Part shown: positions 9,354 to 19,812 of the stretch, piece by piece | Numbering within the stretch: position 1 is the stretch's first letter | Layout: every line of letters begins with the position of its first letter | Sequence record: MZ189262.1 | From: Escherichia phage W143 | Strand: one strand, 5' to 3' | DNA: 64,000 nucleotides | Position numbers and translations under genes: made by a program | The notes under the pieces: generated by a model | What the model was told of the DNA's origin: nothing | What the model saw: the letters and a program-made list of their open reading frames with translations, nothing else | Database searches by the model: none

Positions 9354-9578
9354 TTATATAACTCTCATATGCATATCAATGCCCATATCTTTAGAATAAA
9401 AATATTCATCAAGATATCCGGCAAATTTTCCTTTAATATAAAGGACATCTTCACCGCATGGATGGTCGGCCAGGATACGAATATCCTGACGCTTGAGATT
9501 ATACTTTTTCATTAAGAATTGAATTTCCGTTTCGAATTCTTCTTCATAATTAAAAGCATCATCAATGCTATATTTCAT
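9354..9578 (-). CDS. uvsY.-1: hypothetical protein (T4 uvsY.-1 position)
   Basis: 74-aa ORF; its start overlaps the uvsY stop (ATGA-type coupling). Confidence 0.7.
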   Translation of the reverse strand: MKYSIDDAFNYEEEFETEIQFLMKKYNLKRQDIRILADHPCGEDVLYIKGKFAGYLDEYFYSKDMGIDMHMRVI

Positions 9579-9991
9579 TATTTTCCAGCCTCAAATGCTC
9601 GCATGTCTTGAATATGCTTAATAGCAAATCCGCGTGATTTAATAGCATCAAGAGCTCCGCTACAGAAATCTAATAAAATTCCCCAGTATTGCAATGAAGT
9701 ATCGACTTTTAAAACGTCCTTATCAGCTGATAGAACTGTCTTCATTTCTGATTTCTCATAACGGTCCATACTAAATTCATCACCATCTCCTCGTCCCGAG
9801 TAGTAGTCTAATTTAGCTTTAAGAGCAACTTTTTTCTGCGCTTCAATTCTAAGCATTTCCTTTTTAATACTTGAATGCTTATTAAGCCATTTACTATATA
9901 ACATCACATTATTAGCTGCTTCATACTGTAATTTAGTCGAATCTATAAACACATCTTTCTTCAATTCTTCTTGAAGATCTTCTAATTTCAT
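9578..9991 (-). CDS. uvsY: UvsY recombination mediator
   Basis: 137 aa, MKLEDLQEELKKDVFIDSTKLQYEAANN...; matches T4 UvsY. Confidence 0.95.
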   Translation of the reverse strand: MKLEDLQEELKKDVFIDSTKLQYEAANNVMLYSKWLNKHSSIKKEMLRIEAQKKVALKAKLDYYSGRGDGDEFSMDRYEKSEMKTVLSADKDVLKVDTSLQYWGILLDFCSGALDAIKSRGFAIKHIQDMRAFEAGK

Positions 9992-10057
9992 ATTGTTCTC
10001 TATTCAATTGTTATTGGATGGACTTAGATTCATTATACCACGTTTATACGTGAAGCA

Positions 10058-10456
10058 TTATACTCTATTACTGGAAGCCAATTGCAGTTTTATCTGCTCA
10101 ATATCATCAGGGTTATCGATGACCGAAAAGCGTATTTCTACTATCAGAGTATAATCATCATAAACTGGTATTACATTAACTGCTAATTTATCAATACGTG
10201 GCTCGTAGTTTCTTACTGCGCTTTCAATGTTACGCTCAACAGTATCAGCAGTAAGAGGAGTCATATTCTCAAAAAGCTGATCAGATAAATCACATCCAAA
10301 TTCCGGGTCAAATGGTCTCGACCCTTTTCTGGTTGTAATAATTCCCAAAAGGCTATTTTTAATTGACCTTAATCCAAGGGATCTAGAAACATCTTTGTCC
10401 CAATCCATTTTCATTTCTGGGTCAATGTCAGAATAAAGCTTATTAATATTTGCCAT
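10058..10456 (-). CDS. 25: baseplate wedge protein gp25
   Basis: 132 aa, [22 protein letters not shown]...; matches T4 gp25. Confidence 0.95.
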   Translation of the reverse strand: MANINKLYSDIDPEMKMDWDKDVSRSLGLRSIKNSLLGIITTRKGSRPFDPEFGCDLSDQLFENMTPLTADTVERNIESAVRNYEPRIDKLAVNVIPVYDDYTLIVEIRFSVIDNPDDIEQIKLQLASSNRV

Positions 10457-11082
10457 TACAACAGCTCAAAGAATTCTTTGAGTCCTCTTATTACATGAGC
10501 GTGAGTTTTTCCACACTCTGGACATTTAATTGGAACAGCCAAATAAACAGTAGGCTTTAAAAGCATATCTTTTATAGCTACAATATCTGACTCTGTGATG
10601 ATAGAATATAAATCTTCCAACTCTTTTTCATTCAAGTCTTCAATTGGAATGCTTTCACCGTTAGCATGAATTGTTTCTATACATGATACTATCATGTGGG
10701 CTATGTTTTTATCATCAAAAATTTTAGGGTAATGGAACTTAATTTTAATGTCGCCCAGTGTATACCAGAGGTCTTCTGGTGCATCTATTTGTGTATGTAA
10801 TAGATTTATATGGGTTGGTATTTCAGTTCCACAGGTGCACTTCCAGGAGTTTTCGTGATTAACTTCTCCAAGAGAATGCGCCCATAAATGAATCAGCAGT
10901 AGTTCTGATTCTTGGCGGTTTAAATCTTTTGCATTTGTGCAGTCTTTGATTAGCTTTTTAACGATCTCTTCTACTGAACCGTTCTTTTTAGCAGTAATAA
11001 GTTCTAGATATTCTTTAAGAGTAAATGCGCGACAGTTGATTATTTTAGAACCAACTCTCACGTCAAATTTGTATTCATACAT
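10456..11082 (-). CDS. 26: baseplate hub protein gp26
   Basis: 208 aa in conserved position; Cys/His-rich; start overlaps gp25 stop region. Confidence 0.88.
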   Translation of the reverse strand: MYEYKFDVRVGSKIINCRAFTLKEYLELITAKKNGSVEEIVKKLIKDCTNAKDLNRQESELLLIHLWAHSLGEVNHENSWKCTCGTEIPTHINLLHTQIDAPEDLWYTLGDIKIKFHYPKIFDDKNIAHMIVSCIETIHANGESIPIEDLNEKELEDLYSIITESDIVAIKDMLLKPTVYLAVPIKCPECGKTHAHVIRGLKEFFELL

Positions 11083-11103
11083 ATTTAGCTCCTTTATTTA
11101 TCA

Positions 11104-11115
11104 TATTTATAAATA
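11104..11115. promoter_or_regulatory. overlapping divergent late promoters (TATAAATA on both strands) for genes 26 and 51
   Basis: Plus TATAAATA at 11108-11115 (gene 51, ATG 11133); minus TATAAATA at 11104-11111 (gene 26, ATG 11082); the boxes share the palindromic core TTTATAAA. Confidence 0.75.
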
Positions 11116-11132
11116 GAATAAAAGGAGCATCT

Positions 11133-11882
11133 ATGGCAAACATTATTCGTTGTAAATTACCAGATGGTGTTCATCGTTTTAAACCATTTACGGTAGAAGA
11201 TTATCGAGATTTTTTGTTAGTTCGAAACGATATAGAACATCGGTCACCACAAGAACAAAAAGAAATAATTGCTGATTTAATTGCTGATTATTTTGGAGAC
11301 TATCCGAAGACTTGGCAACCATTTATATTTTTGCAGGTATTTGTAGGGTCAATAGGTAAAACTAAAGTACCGGTCACATTTGTATGTCCAAAATGTAAAA
11401 AGGAAAAGACAGTTCCATTTGAAATATATCAAAAAGAATTAAAGGAACCTGTTTTTGATGTAGCTAATGTTAAAATTAAATTAAAGTTTCCTTCTGAGTT
11501 TTATGAAAATAAAGCAAAGATGATTACTGAAAATATTCATTCTGTTCAAGTAGATGAAACATGGTATGATTGGAAGGAAATTAGTGAATCAAGCCAAATA
11601 GAGCTTGTTGATGCAATCGAGATAGAAACATTAGAAAAAATTCTTGATGCAATGAATCCTATTAATTTAACACTACACATGTCCTGCTGTGATAAGTATG
11701 TAAAAAAATACACTGATATAGTAGATGTGTTTAAGCTATTAGTTAACCCAGATGAGATATTTACTTTTTATCAAATTAATCACACACTCGTAAAAAGTAA
11801 TTATAGTTTAAATTCAATAATGAAAATGATTCCTGCCGAGCGCGGATTCGTATTAAAACTGATTGAGAAGGATAAACAATAA
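11133..11882 (+). CDS. 51: baseplate hub assembly protein gp51
   Basis: 249-aa ORF with late promoter; syntenic with T4 gene 51. Confidence 0.88.
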   Translation: MANIIRCKLPDGVHRFKPFTVEDYRDFLLVRNDIEHRSPQEQKEIIADLIADYFGDYPKTWQPFIFLQVFVGSIGKTKVPVTFVCPKCKKEKTVPFEIYQKELKEPVFDVANVKIKLKFPSEFYENKAKMITENIHSVQVDETWYDWKEISESSQIELVDAIEIETLEKILDAMNPINLTLHMSCCDKYVKKYTDIVDVFKLLVNPDEIFTFYQINHTLVKSNYSLNSIMKMIPAERGFVLKLIEKDKQ

Positions 11883-13057
11883 TGAGTATGTTGCAACGCC
11901 CAGGATATCCAAATCTCAGCGTTAAATTATTTGATAGCTACGACGCTTGGAGTAATAATAGATTTGTTGAATTAGCTGCTACTATTACCACATTAACTAT
12001 GCGGGATTCTCTTTATGGCCGAAATGAAGGAATGCTGCAGTTTTATGATTCTAAAAACATTCATACAAAAATGGATGGAAATGAAATAATTCAGATTTCT
12101 GTAGCTAATGCAAACGATATTAATAATGTTAAAACAAGAATTTATGGATGTAAGCATTTTTCCGTGTCAGTAGATTCAAAGGGTGATAACATCATTGCTA
12201 TTGAATTGGGAACTATTCATTCTATAGAAAATCTTAAATTTGGCAGACCGTTTTTCCCTGATGCAGGTGAATCTATAAAGGAAATGCTTGGCGTCATTTA
12301 TCAAGATCGCACGTTATTAACTCCAGCAATAAATGCTATAAATGCTTATGTTCCTGATATTCCATGGACTAGCACATTTGAAAACTATTTGTCGTATGTT
12401 AGAGAAGTTGCTCTAGCTGTAGGAAGTGACAAATTTGTATTTGTGTGGCAAGACATCATGGGAGTTAACATGATGGACTATGATATGATGATAAATCAAG
12501 AACCCTATCCAATGATTGTCGGTGAGCCATCTTTAATAGGTCAATTCATCCAAGAATTAAAATATCCATTAGCGTATGATTTCGTTTGGTTGACTAAATC
12601 GAATCCTCACAAACGTGACCCAATGAAAAACGCTACTATCTATGCGCATTCATTTTTAGATTCTTCATTGCCAATGATTACTACAGGAAAGGGCGAAAAC
12701 TCTATTGTAGTGTCAAGGTCAGGTGCTTATTCTGAGATGACTTATAGGAATGGATATGAAGAAGCTATTCGTCTTCAAACTATGGCACAATACGATGGCT
12801 ATGCTAAATGTTCTACTGTCGGTAATTTTAACTTGACACCTGGCGTTAAAATTATTTTTAATGATAGTAAAAACCAATTTAAAACAGAATTTTACGTTGA
12901 TGAAGTTATCCACGAATTATCCAATAATAATTCAGTAACTCATCTATATATGTTCACTAATGCAACGAAACTGGAAACAATAGACCCAGTTAAGGTTAAA
13001 AATGAATTTAAATCTGATACTACCACTGAAGAAAGTAGTTCTTCCAATAAGCAATAA
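11882..13057 (+). CDS. 27: baseplate hub subunit gp27
   Basis: 391 aa; recognised as T4 gp27; start overlaps gp51 stop. Confidence 0.92.
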   Translation: MSMLQRPGYPNLSVKLFDSYDAWSNNRFVELAATITTLTMRDSLYGRNEGMLQFYDSKNIHTKMDGNEIIQISVANANDINNVKTRIYGCKHFSVSVDSKGDNIIAIELGTIHSIENLKFGRPFFPDAGESIKEMLGVIYQDRTLLTPAINAINAYVPDIPWTSTFENYLSYVREVALAVGSDKFVFVWQDIMGVNMMDYDMMINQEPYPMIVGEPSLIGQFIQELKYPLAYDFVWLTKSNPHKRDPMKNATIYAHSFLDSSLPMITTGKGENSIVVSRSGAYSEMTYRNGYEEAIRLQTMAQYDGYAKCSTVGNFNLTPGVKIIFNDSKNQFKTEFYVDEVIHELSNNNSVTHLYMFTNATKLETIDPVKVKNEFKSDTTTEESSSSNKQ

Positions 13058-13535
13058 AGAAGTTTCTATTCCTAAAATGGGTCTTAAACATTATAACATT
13101 TTAAAAGATGTTAAAGGACCCGATGAAAATTTAAAACTTTTGATCGATTCTATTTGTCCAAATTTATCACCGGCAGAAGTTGATTTCGTTTCTATTCATT
13201 TATTGGAATTTAATGGAAAGATTAAATCTCGTAAAGAAATAGATGGTTATACTTATGACATTAATGATGTTTATGTATGCCAAAGATTGGAATTTCAATA
13301 CCAAGGAAATACATTTTATTTTAGACCTCCTGGAAAATTTGAACAATTTTTAACGGTGAGCGATATGTTATCCAAGTGCTTGCTTAAGGTCAATGATGAA
13401 GTTAAAGAAATTAATTTTCTTGAGATGCCAGCATTCGTTTTAAAATGGGCAAATGATATTTTTACAACTTTAGCAATTCCTGGCCCTAATGGTCCAATAA
13501 CCGGAATTGGCAATATTATTGGATTATTTGAATGA
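13002..13535 (+). CDS. 28: baseplate hub distal subunit gp28
   Basis: 177 aa; overlaps the 3' end of gene 27 in another frame, as in T4. Confidence 0.85.
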   Translation: MNLNLILPLKKVVLPISNKEVSIPKMGLKHYNILKDVKGPDENLKLLIDSICPNLSPAEVDFVSIHLLEFNGKIKSRKEIDGYTYDINDVYVCQRLEFQYQGNTFYFRPPGKFEQFLTVSDMLSKCLLKVNDEVKEINFLEMPAFVLKWANDIFTTLAIPGPNGPITGIGNIIGLFE

Positions 13536-15304
13536 AAAAGCCACAAGAAATGCAAACGATGCGTAGAAAAGTTATTTCAGATAATAAACCAACACAGGAA
13601 GCGGCTAAATCCGCTTCTAACACTTTATCTGGACTTAACGATATATCTACGAAATTGGATGATGCTCAAGCTGCTTCTGAATTAATTGCTCAAACTGTCG
13701 AAGAAAAATCGAATGAAATAATTGGAGCAATTGACAGTGTAGAAAGCGCAGTGAGTGATACTACTGCTGGTTCTGAGTTAATTGCTGAAACTGTCGAAAT
13801 TGGCAATAATATTAATAAAGAAATCGGTGAATCACTCGGGAGCAAATTAGATAAATTAACAAGTTTACTAGAGCAAAAAATTCAGACAGCTGGAATTCAA
13901 CAGACTGGAACTAGTTTAGCCACAGTTGAAAGCGCTATTCCTGTTAAAGTTGTTGAGGATGATACAGCTGAATCTGTGGGTCCTTTATTACCGGCTCCTG
14001 AAGCAGTTAATAATGATCCTGATGCTGATTTTTTCCCTACCCCTCAGCCAGTTGAACCCAAACAAGAATCACCAGAAGAAAAACAGAAAAAAGACGCATT
14101 TAACTTAAAATTATCTCAAGCTTTAGATAAATTAACGAAGACTGTTGATTTTGGATTTAAGAAATCCATTTCAATTACTGATAAAATATCAAGCATGCTA
14201 TTTAAGTATACCGTCAGTGCTGCTATTGAAGCTGCTAAAATGACTGCAATGATATTGGCTGTTGTTGTTGGAATAGACCTGTTAATGGTTCATTTCAAAT
14301 ATTGGTCAGATAAATTTTCGCAGGCTTGGGATTTGTTCAGTACAGACTTTACTAAATTCTCTAGCGAAACCGGAACATGGGGTCCTTTATTACAGAGCAT
14401 CTTTAGTTCTATTGATGAAATTAAAAAATTCTGGGAAGAGGGAGATTGGGGCGGTTTGACGGTAGCTATTGTAGAAGGGCTTGGAAAGGTTCTTTATAAT
14501 TTAGGAGAACTTATTCAATTAGGTATGGCTAAATTATCTGCGGCAATTCTTCGAGTCATTCCTGGTATGAAGGATACTGCTGATGAAGTAGAAGGAAGAG
14601 CACTAGAAAATTTCCAAAATTCTACTGGAGCATCTCTCAATAAAGAAGACCAGGAAAAAGTTGCAAATTATCAAGATAAACGAATGAACGGAGACCTTGG
14701 TCCGATAGCAAAAGGATTAGATAAAATTGCTAATTGGAAAACTCGTGCATCTAACTGGATTCGTGGCGTTGATAATAAAGAAGCACTAACTACCGACGAA
14801 GAACGTGCAGCGGAAGAAGAAAAATTAAAGCAACTTTCACCTGAAGAAAGAAAAAATGCTTTAATGAAGGCTAATGAAGCCCGCGCCGCAATGATTCGCT
14901 TTGAAAAATATGCTGATTCAGCTGATATGAGTAAAGACTCAACGGTTAAATCAGTTGAAGCTGCCTATGAAGACCTTAAAAAACGGATGGATGACCCGGA
15001 TTTAAATAATTCACCGGCAGTTAAAAAAGAACTTGCTGCTAGATTTTCTAAAATTGATGCTACTTATCAAGAGCTCAAGAAAAATCAGCCTAATGCCAAA
15101 CCTGAAACTTCTGCTAAATCGCCAGAAGCAAAACAAGTCCAGGTAATAGAAAAGAACAAAGCACAGCAAGCTCCTGTTCAACAAGCATCTCCTTCGATCA
15201 ATAATACTAATAATGTTGTTAAGAAAAATACTGTCGTTCATAATATGACACCCGTAACGAGCACGACTGCTCCTGGTGTATTTGACGCGACAGGAGTTAA
15301 TTAA
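13532..15304 (+). CDS. 29: baseplate hub / tail-length determinator gp29
   Basis: 590 aa, extended coiled/acidic regions; syntenic with T4 gp29. Confidence 0.9.
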   Translation: MKKPQEMQTMRRKVISDNKPTQEAAKSASNTLSGLNDISTKLDDAQAASELIAQTVEEKSNEIIGAIDSVESAVSDTTAGSELIAETVEIGNNINKEIGESLGSKLDKLTSLLEQKIQTAGIQQTGTSLATVESAIPVKVVEDDTAESVGPLLPAPEAVNNDPDADFFPTPQPVEPKQESPEEKQKKDAFNLKLSQALDKLTKTVDFGFKKSISITDKISSMLFKYTVSAAIEAAKMTAMILAVVVGIDLLMVHFKYWSDKFSQAWDLFSTDFTKFSSETGTWGPLLQSIFSSIDEIKKFWEEGDWGGLTVAIVEGLGKVLYNLGELIQLGMAKLSAAILRVIPGMKDTADEVEGRALENFQNSTGASLNKEDQEKVANYQDKRMNGDLGPIAKGLDKIANWKTRASNWIRGVDNKEALTTDEERAAEEEKLKQLSPEERKNALMKANEARAAMIRFEKYADSADMSKDSTVKSVEAAYEDLKKRMDDPDLNNSPAVKKELAARFSKIDATYQELKKNQPNAKPETSAKSPEAKQVQVIEKNKAQQAPVQQASPSINNTNNVVKKNTVVHNMTPVTSTTAPGVFDATGVN

Positions 15305-15312
15305 GGAATAAT

Positions 15313-16407
15313 ATGGTAATTGTTAAAGAAATAACTGCTGATTTAATTAAAAAGTCCGGTGAGAAAATTTCAGCCGGACAGAGTACTAAATCAGAAGTAG
15401 CAACTAAAACATACACTGCCCAGTTTCCAACTGGGCGTGCTAGTGGTAATGACACTACAGGGGACTTCCAGGTAACAGATCTATATAAGAATGGATTATT
15501 ATTTACTGCATACAATATGTCATCTAGGGATTCTGGAAGTCTTAGATCGATGAGATCTAACTACTCTTCTTCATCTTCGAGTATTTTACGTACAGCCAGA
15601 AACACTATCAGTAATACAGTATCAAAACTGTCAAATGGATTAATATCAGATAATAATTCAGGAACAATAAGTAAAGCACCTGTTGCAAATATTCTTTTAC
15701 CAAGATCTAAATCAGATGTTGATACATCATCACATAGATTTAATGATGTTCAAGAAAGTCTTATCAGCAGAGGCGGAGGTACTGCTACTGGTGTGCTAAG
15801 TAATATTGCTTCAACTGCAGTATTTGGGGCACTGGAAAGTATAACACAAGGTATAATGGCTGATAATAATGAACAGATTTATACGACAGCCAGAAGTATG
15901 TATGGTGGTGCTGAGAATAGAACTAAAGTGTTTACATGGGATTTGACTCCACGTTCCACAGAAGATTTAATGGCTATTATTAATATCTATCAATATTTTA
16001 ACTATTTTTCTTATGGTGAAACTGGCAAATCTCAATATGCTGCTGAAATAAAGGGGTATTTAGATGATTGGTATCGTTCTACGTTAATTGAACCTTTATC
16101 TCCGGAAGACGCAGCTAAAAATAAAACACTATTTGAGAAAATGACATCGAGTTTAACTAACGTTCTAGTAGTTTCAAACCCGACAATTTGGATGGTGAAA
16201 AACTTTGGTGCAACATCTAAGTTTGATGGAAAAACGGAAATATTTGGCCCATGCCAAATACAAAGCATCAGATTTGATAAAACGCCTAATGGTAACTTTA
16301 ACGGATTAGCTATTGCTCCAAACCTCCCTAGTACATTTACTCTTGAGATTACTATGAGAGAAATTATCACGTTAAATCGTGCTTCTTTATATGCGGGGAC
16401 TTTTTAA
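15313..16407 (+). CDS. 48: baseplate tail tube cap gp48
   Basis: 364-aa ORF in conserved position. Confidence 0.9.
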   Translation: MVIVKEITADLIKKSGEKISAGQSTKSEVATKTYTAQFPTGRASGNDTTGDFQVTDLYKNGLLFTAYNMSSRDSGSLRSMRSNYSSSSSSILRTARNTISNTVSKLSNGLISDNNSGTISKAPVANILLPRSKSDVDTSSHRFNDVQESLISRGGGTATGVLSNIASTAVFGALESITQGIMADNNEQIYTTARSMYGGAENRTKVFTWDLTPRSTEDLMAIINIYQYFNYFSYGETGKSQYAAEIKGYLDDWYRSTLIEPLSPEDAAKNKTLFEKMTSSLTNVLVVSNPTIWMVKNFGATSKFDGKTEIFGPCQIQSIRFDKTPNGNFNGLAIAPNLPSTFTLEITMREIITLNRASLYAGTF

Positions 16408-17372
16408 TGTATTCTTTAGAGGAATTTAATAATCAAGCAATAAACGCAGATTTCCAACGTAATAATATGTTTAGCTGCGTTTTTGCGACAACTCCATCAA
16501 CTAAAAGCTCTTCGTTGATAAGTTCAATTAGCAACTTTTCTTATAATAACTTGGGTCTAAATTCAGATTGGTTAGGATTGACTCAAGGCGATATTAATCA
16601 GGGAATTACCACGCTAATTACTGCTGGCACACAAAAACTGATAAGAAAATCAGGGGTTAGTAAATATCTTATTGGTGCCATGAGTCAACGTACAGTTCAA
16701 AGTTTATTGGGCTCATTTACAGTTGGTACATATTTAATTGACTTCTTTAACATGGCATATAACTCATCTGGATTGATGATATATTCTGTAAAAATGCCAG
16801 AGAATAGATTATCCTATGAAACTGACTGGAACTATAATTCTCCTAATATTCGTATAACTGGGAGAGAATTAGACCCTTTGGTTATTTCATTTAGAATGGA
16901 TTCAGAAGCATGTAATTATCGTGCAATGCAAGACTGGGTTAACGCTGTTCAAGACCCAGTAACTGGATTGCGTGCTTTGCCACAAGATGTCGAGGCAGAC
17001 ATTCAGGTTAATCTTCACGCTCGTAATGGATTACCTCATACTGCGGTGATGTTCACTGGATGCATTCCAGTGTCAGTGAGCGCTCCTGAGTTATCATATG
17101 ATGGAGATAACCAAATAACTACATTTGATGTTACTTTTGCGTATAGAGTCATGCAGGCTGGGTCGGTTGATAGACAAGCTGCGCTTGAATGGCTTGAATC
17201 TGCTGCCATAAACGGTATTCAAAGCGTTCTCGGAAATAGTGGAGGTGTTACTGGATTATCTAATTCGCTTTCACGACTTAGTAGATTAGGAGGAACTGCG
17301 GGAAGCATTTCAAACATTAATACCATGACAGGAATTGTCAATTCGCAAAGTAAAATATTAGGAGCAATATAA
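16407..17372 (+). CDS. 54: baseplate tail tube initiator gp54
   Basis: 321-aa ORF; start overlaps gp48 stop; terminator follows. Confidence 0.9.
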   Translation: MYSLEEFNNQAINADFQRNNMFSCVFATTPSTKSSSLISSISNFSYNNLGLNSDWLGLTQGDINQGITTLITAGTQKLIRKSGVSKYLIGAMSQRTVQSLLGSFTVGTYLIDFFNMAYNSSGLMIYSVKMPENRLSYETDWNYNSPNIRITGRELDPLVISFRMDSEACNYRAMQDWVNAVQDPVTGLRALPQDVEADIQVNLHARNGLPHTAVMFTGCIPVSVSAPELSYDGDNQITTFDVTFAYRVMQAGSVDRQAALEWLESAAINGIQSVLGNSGGVTGLSNSLSRLSRLGGTAGSISNINTMTGIVNSQSKILGAI

Positions 17373-17375
17373 CAA

Positions 17376-17407
17376 TGGGGACCTTTCGGTCCCCATATTT
17401 TTATTTA
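17376..17407. terminator. bidirectional stem-loop terminator after gene 54
   Basis: TGGGGACC-TTTC-GGTCCCCA followed by TATTTTTATTT; convergent minus-strand ORF ends at 17401. Confidence 0.8.
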
Positions 17408-17691
17408 CGGAACGAAATAAAAGCAGCAACTGAAGCAACTAAACTGTCTTCAATATAAACTTCAATTTTTACTGGAGCTTCTGACTCAAATTTACCTGTT
17501 ACTACACCTTGGAAAATACTTTCAGTCTGCTCTGGCTTTGAAAAATTTTCAGAAGGAAAAATTCCGAACTTTTTATCTGTTCCAAAAATTTTGATAAATT
17601 CATCATAAACTGCTTCATTAAAAGCATTATCAGCAGGAATAACGCCTTCAACTACAAGTTCTTGACCTAAAAAGCGTAAAGAAGATTTCAT
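17401..17691 (-). CDS. alt.-3: hypothetical protein, 96 aa (T4 alt.-3 position)
   Basis: ORF MKSSLRFLGQELVVEG...; own early promoter and GAGGA SD; symbol by position only. Confidence 0.65.
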   Translation of the reverse strand: MKSSLRFLGQELVVEGVIPADNAFNEAVYDEFIKIFGTDKKFGIFPSENFSKPEQTESIFQGVVTGKFESEAPVKIEVYIEDSLVASVAAFISFRK

Positions 17692-17722
17692 TTTGTGTTC
17701 CTCATGTTATGTCAGTAAGACT

Positions 17723-17752
17723 ACTATAACACAACACGAGGGACTTGTAAAC
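17723..17752 (-). promoter_or_regulatory. early promoter GTTTAC-N18-TATAGT for the 96-aa ORF
   Basis: -35 GTTTAC (plus 17747-17752, overlapping the stop codon of the upstream alt paralog) and -10 TATAGT (plus 17723-17728); part of a 54-bp block repeated at 32815-32868. Confidence 0.7.
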
Positions 17753-19809
17753 TACATTTTGAACTTTTTAGACATTCCGTTGATGTTAACCAAAGAAGCC
17801 AAGATTTGAGAAACTTCGTTTTCCTCTTCTTTTGATTCTTCTACAAGGAATTGATTAAACCCAGTCATTGGACGAACTTCACCAGTTTCCATTAGATGGT
17901 CGCCATCATATACCGATTCTTCTAATTGTTCAGAAGGAGGAACGATTGTGCCTTCGATTAGATACTTGTTATAAGCAGTTTCTTTCATCATGTACGTACT
18001 CACTTTATTAATCTTCAGCAAAATTCCACGTGGTAAAATAACTTCAGCTTCTGATGGAAATCCTGATAAATGACCTGGAACGATAACTTTGATTCGCTCA
18101 GCTCCTTTAATTACCATACCCACGCTAGTTTCAGCATCTTCATTCGCATAAGCAGAGTGACTGCCCATATGCATTAAATCTTCTGCATCAACTGAACCTT
18201 CTCCTTCACCAGAAAATACTGCGCCGGAATCATCTAGAGCCATATAGTTTTTACCATACTCACCGAAGATATTTGGTTTAAGCGATGTGGATACGAAGTT
18301 CTTGAAGTAGAACATTTTATTTTCAATATTATGACGTAAAGTTTTAAAGGTAACTTCTTGCCCACGGTAAAGTGTAGTTCCTGGAGGAAGAACTGATCCT
18401 TTGGCAAAGGCAGAATCCATTGTCTCGATGTGTTTAATAGCTCGTTCCATATATTCTTCACGAGTAGAATCTGGTTTACCCAAAAGGAACGAGTTCATTT
18501 CAACATATGAATCTGCACAATAATCTTCAATTACATCGGACTCAGCCTGAGTTAATCCTTTTGGGGGTACTTCAGTACTTGCATATTCATACGCTTGAGA
18601 AGCAGACTCATTAATCAATTTATAAATGCCATTCATGACAAATTGAATAATAGCTACCTTTTCATCTGGCGTGGCTTTAGAACCTTTAACTAAATCATTG
18701 ACAATTTTCTTAATAACATCAAAGCTATTAGAAATATTAATGTCAGCAAGATCGCTTAAAATTTTATCGGTTTTATAATCAAAGAATTCTTTATTCTTTA
18801 AATATTCTTGAGAACCTTGATATGTTATATCGTTCTGCAATCTGATAGACGGATCACGTAAACGTGCATGGGCCAATGCAATATGATTTCGGAAGCTTTC
18901 TAGTTCATAATCGTTAGATTTAAAACGAGAAGCACTTCTCATACCACCGATAGCTCCTTTGCTGAAGTTTGAACCAATCTGAATAACGCCAGAGTTCATT
19001 GGTCCTTCTGCTTTATATACCGGAACTTTAGATTCAAACTCTTGATATTTCTTAGCAGCGAAGCTATCGCCCTGAAGTGAAGCATCGACAGTAGAGTATT
19101 GAGCTTGTGCTGCTAATCGACGACTAATTTTAGTTTTCTGAATAACAGCTTGATCCGTACGCTTATCATTTTCTAAAGCAATAGAAGCAGCAACAGCAAC
19201 AGCTTTAGGAACAGCATTACCTGTTTTAACGTCTACATAAACATCACCAACCTTTGATTCAACTTTTGTGAATAACTCAGTTGAAATAGGAGGTACACCT
19301 GGAATGTCTTCTAAATTGGCATTTTTACGGTAAACCATAATATATGCGTACTTTTTATCGTAATCCCAGATTTCCTTTAAAAGAACATATCGACCTGCTC
19401 CTTTAGTACGTACTAAACGGTCAGCGATAACTTGCATTTGACGAGCTGCACCGTTTGTTTTACTCTTTAGTACGCGGAATAAGCATGCATCAATTTTATA
19501 CTGTTTCATTGTCTGAAGAGCGGTATCAAAAACCGCATTAATGACACCAATTGGATTTCCACCTAAGTTTTTAAGTTTAACTAATGATAGTTTCTCGTTG
19601 ACACCTATCATTACGATATGCATCATTTTATCGCCTGGCTTAACGTTTTTGTTTGTATCACCGCCAGAGGTGTATGTACAAAATCTAAATCCAGGAAGCA
19701 CGCTTTCTTCACCGGCTTGAATAGCAAAAATTTGAGGTATTTTATGCTTAGGATTTAAGTTAACAACCGGCGCCGAAGCGCCGTCAAATAATTCTGTAAT
19801 AAGTTCCAT
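17752..19809 (-). CDS. Alt-like ADP-ribosyltransferase, second full-length paralog
   Basis: 685 aa; N-terminus MELITELFD... shared with Alt; conserved core (IDACLFRVLKSKT..., GRYVLLKEIWDYDKKYAYI); ART catalytic signature R (TLYRGQ), S-T-S (FVSTSL), E-x-E (EAEVILPRG); central region diverged. Confidence 0.85.
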   Translation of the reverse strand: MELITELFDGASAPVVNLNPKHKIPQIFAIQAGEESVLPGFRFCTYTSGGDTNKNVKPGDKMMHIVMIGVNEKLSLVKLKNLGGNPIGVINAVFDTALQTMKQYKIDACLFRVLKSKTNGAARQMQVIADRLVRTKGAGRYVLLKEIWDYDKKYAYIMVYRKNANLEDIPGVPPISTELFTKVESKVGDVYVDVKTGNAVPKAVAVAASIALENDKRTDQAVIQKTKISRRLAAQAQYSTVDASLQGDSFAAKKYQEFESKVPVYKAEGPMNSGVIQIGSNFSKGAIGGMRSASRFKSNDYELESFRNHIALAHARLRDPSIRLQNDITYQGSQEYLKNKEFFDYKTDKILSDLADINISNSFDVIKKIVNDLVKGSKATPDEKVAIIQFVMNGIYKLINESASQAYEYASTEVPPKGLTQAESDVIEDYCADSYVEMNSFLLGKPDSTREEYMERAIKHIETMDSAFAKGSVLPPGTTLYRGQEVTFKTLRHNIENKMFYFKNFVSTSLKPNIFGEYGKNYMALDDSGAVFSGEGEGSVDAEDLMHMGSHSAYANEDAETSVGMVIKGAERIKVIVPGHLSGFPSEAEVILPRGILLKINKVSTYMMKETAYNKYLIEGTIVPPSEQLEESVYDGDHLMETGEVRPMTGFNQFLVEESKEEENEVSQILASLVNINGMSKKFKM

Positions 19810-19812
19810 GAT

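Noticed and set aside
9258-9515. Plus-strand 85-aa ORF across the uvsY.-1/uvsY.-2 region
   Set aside because: The minus-strand genes here have proper RBSs and translational coupling; the plus ORF has none.
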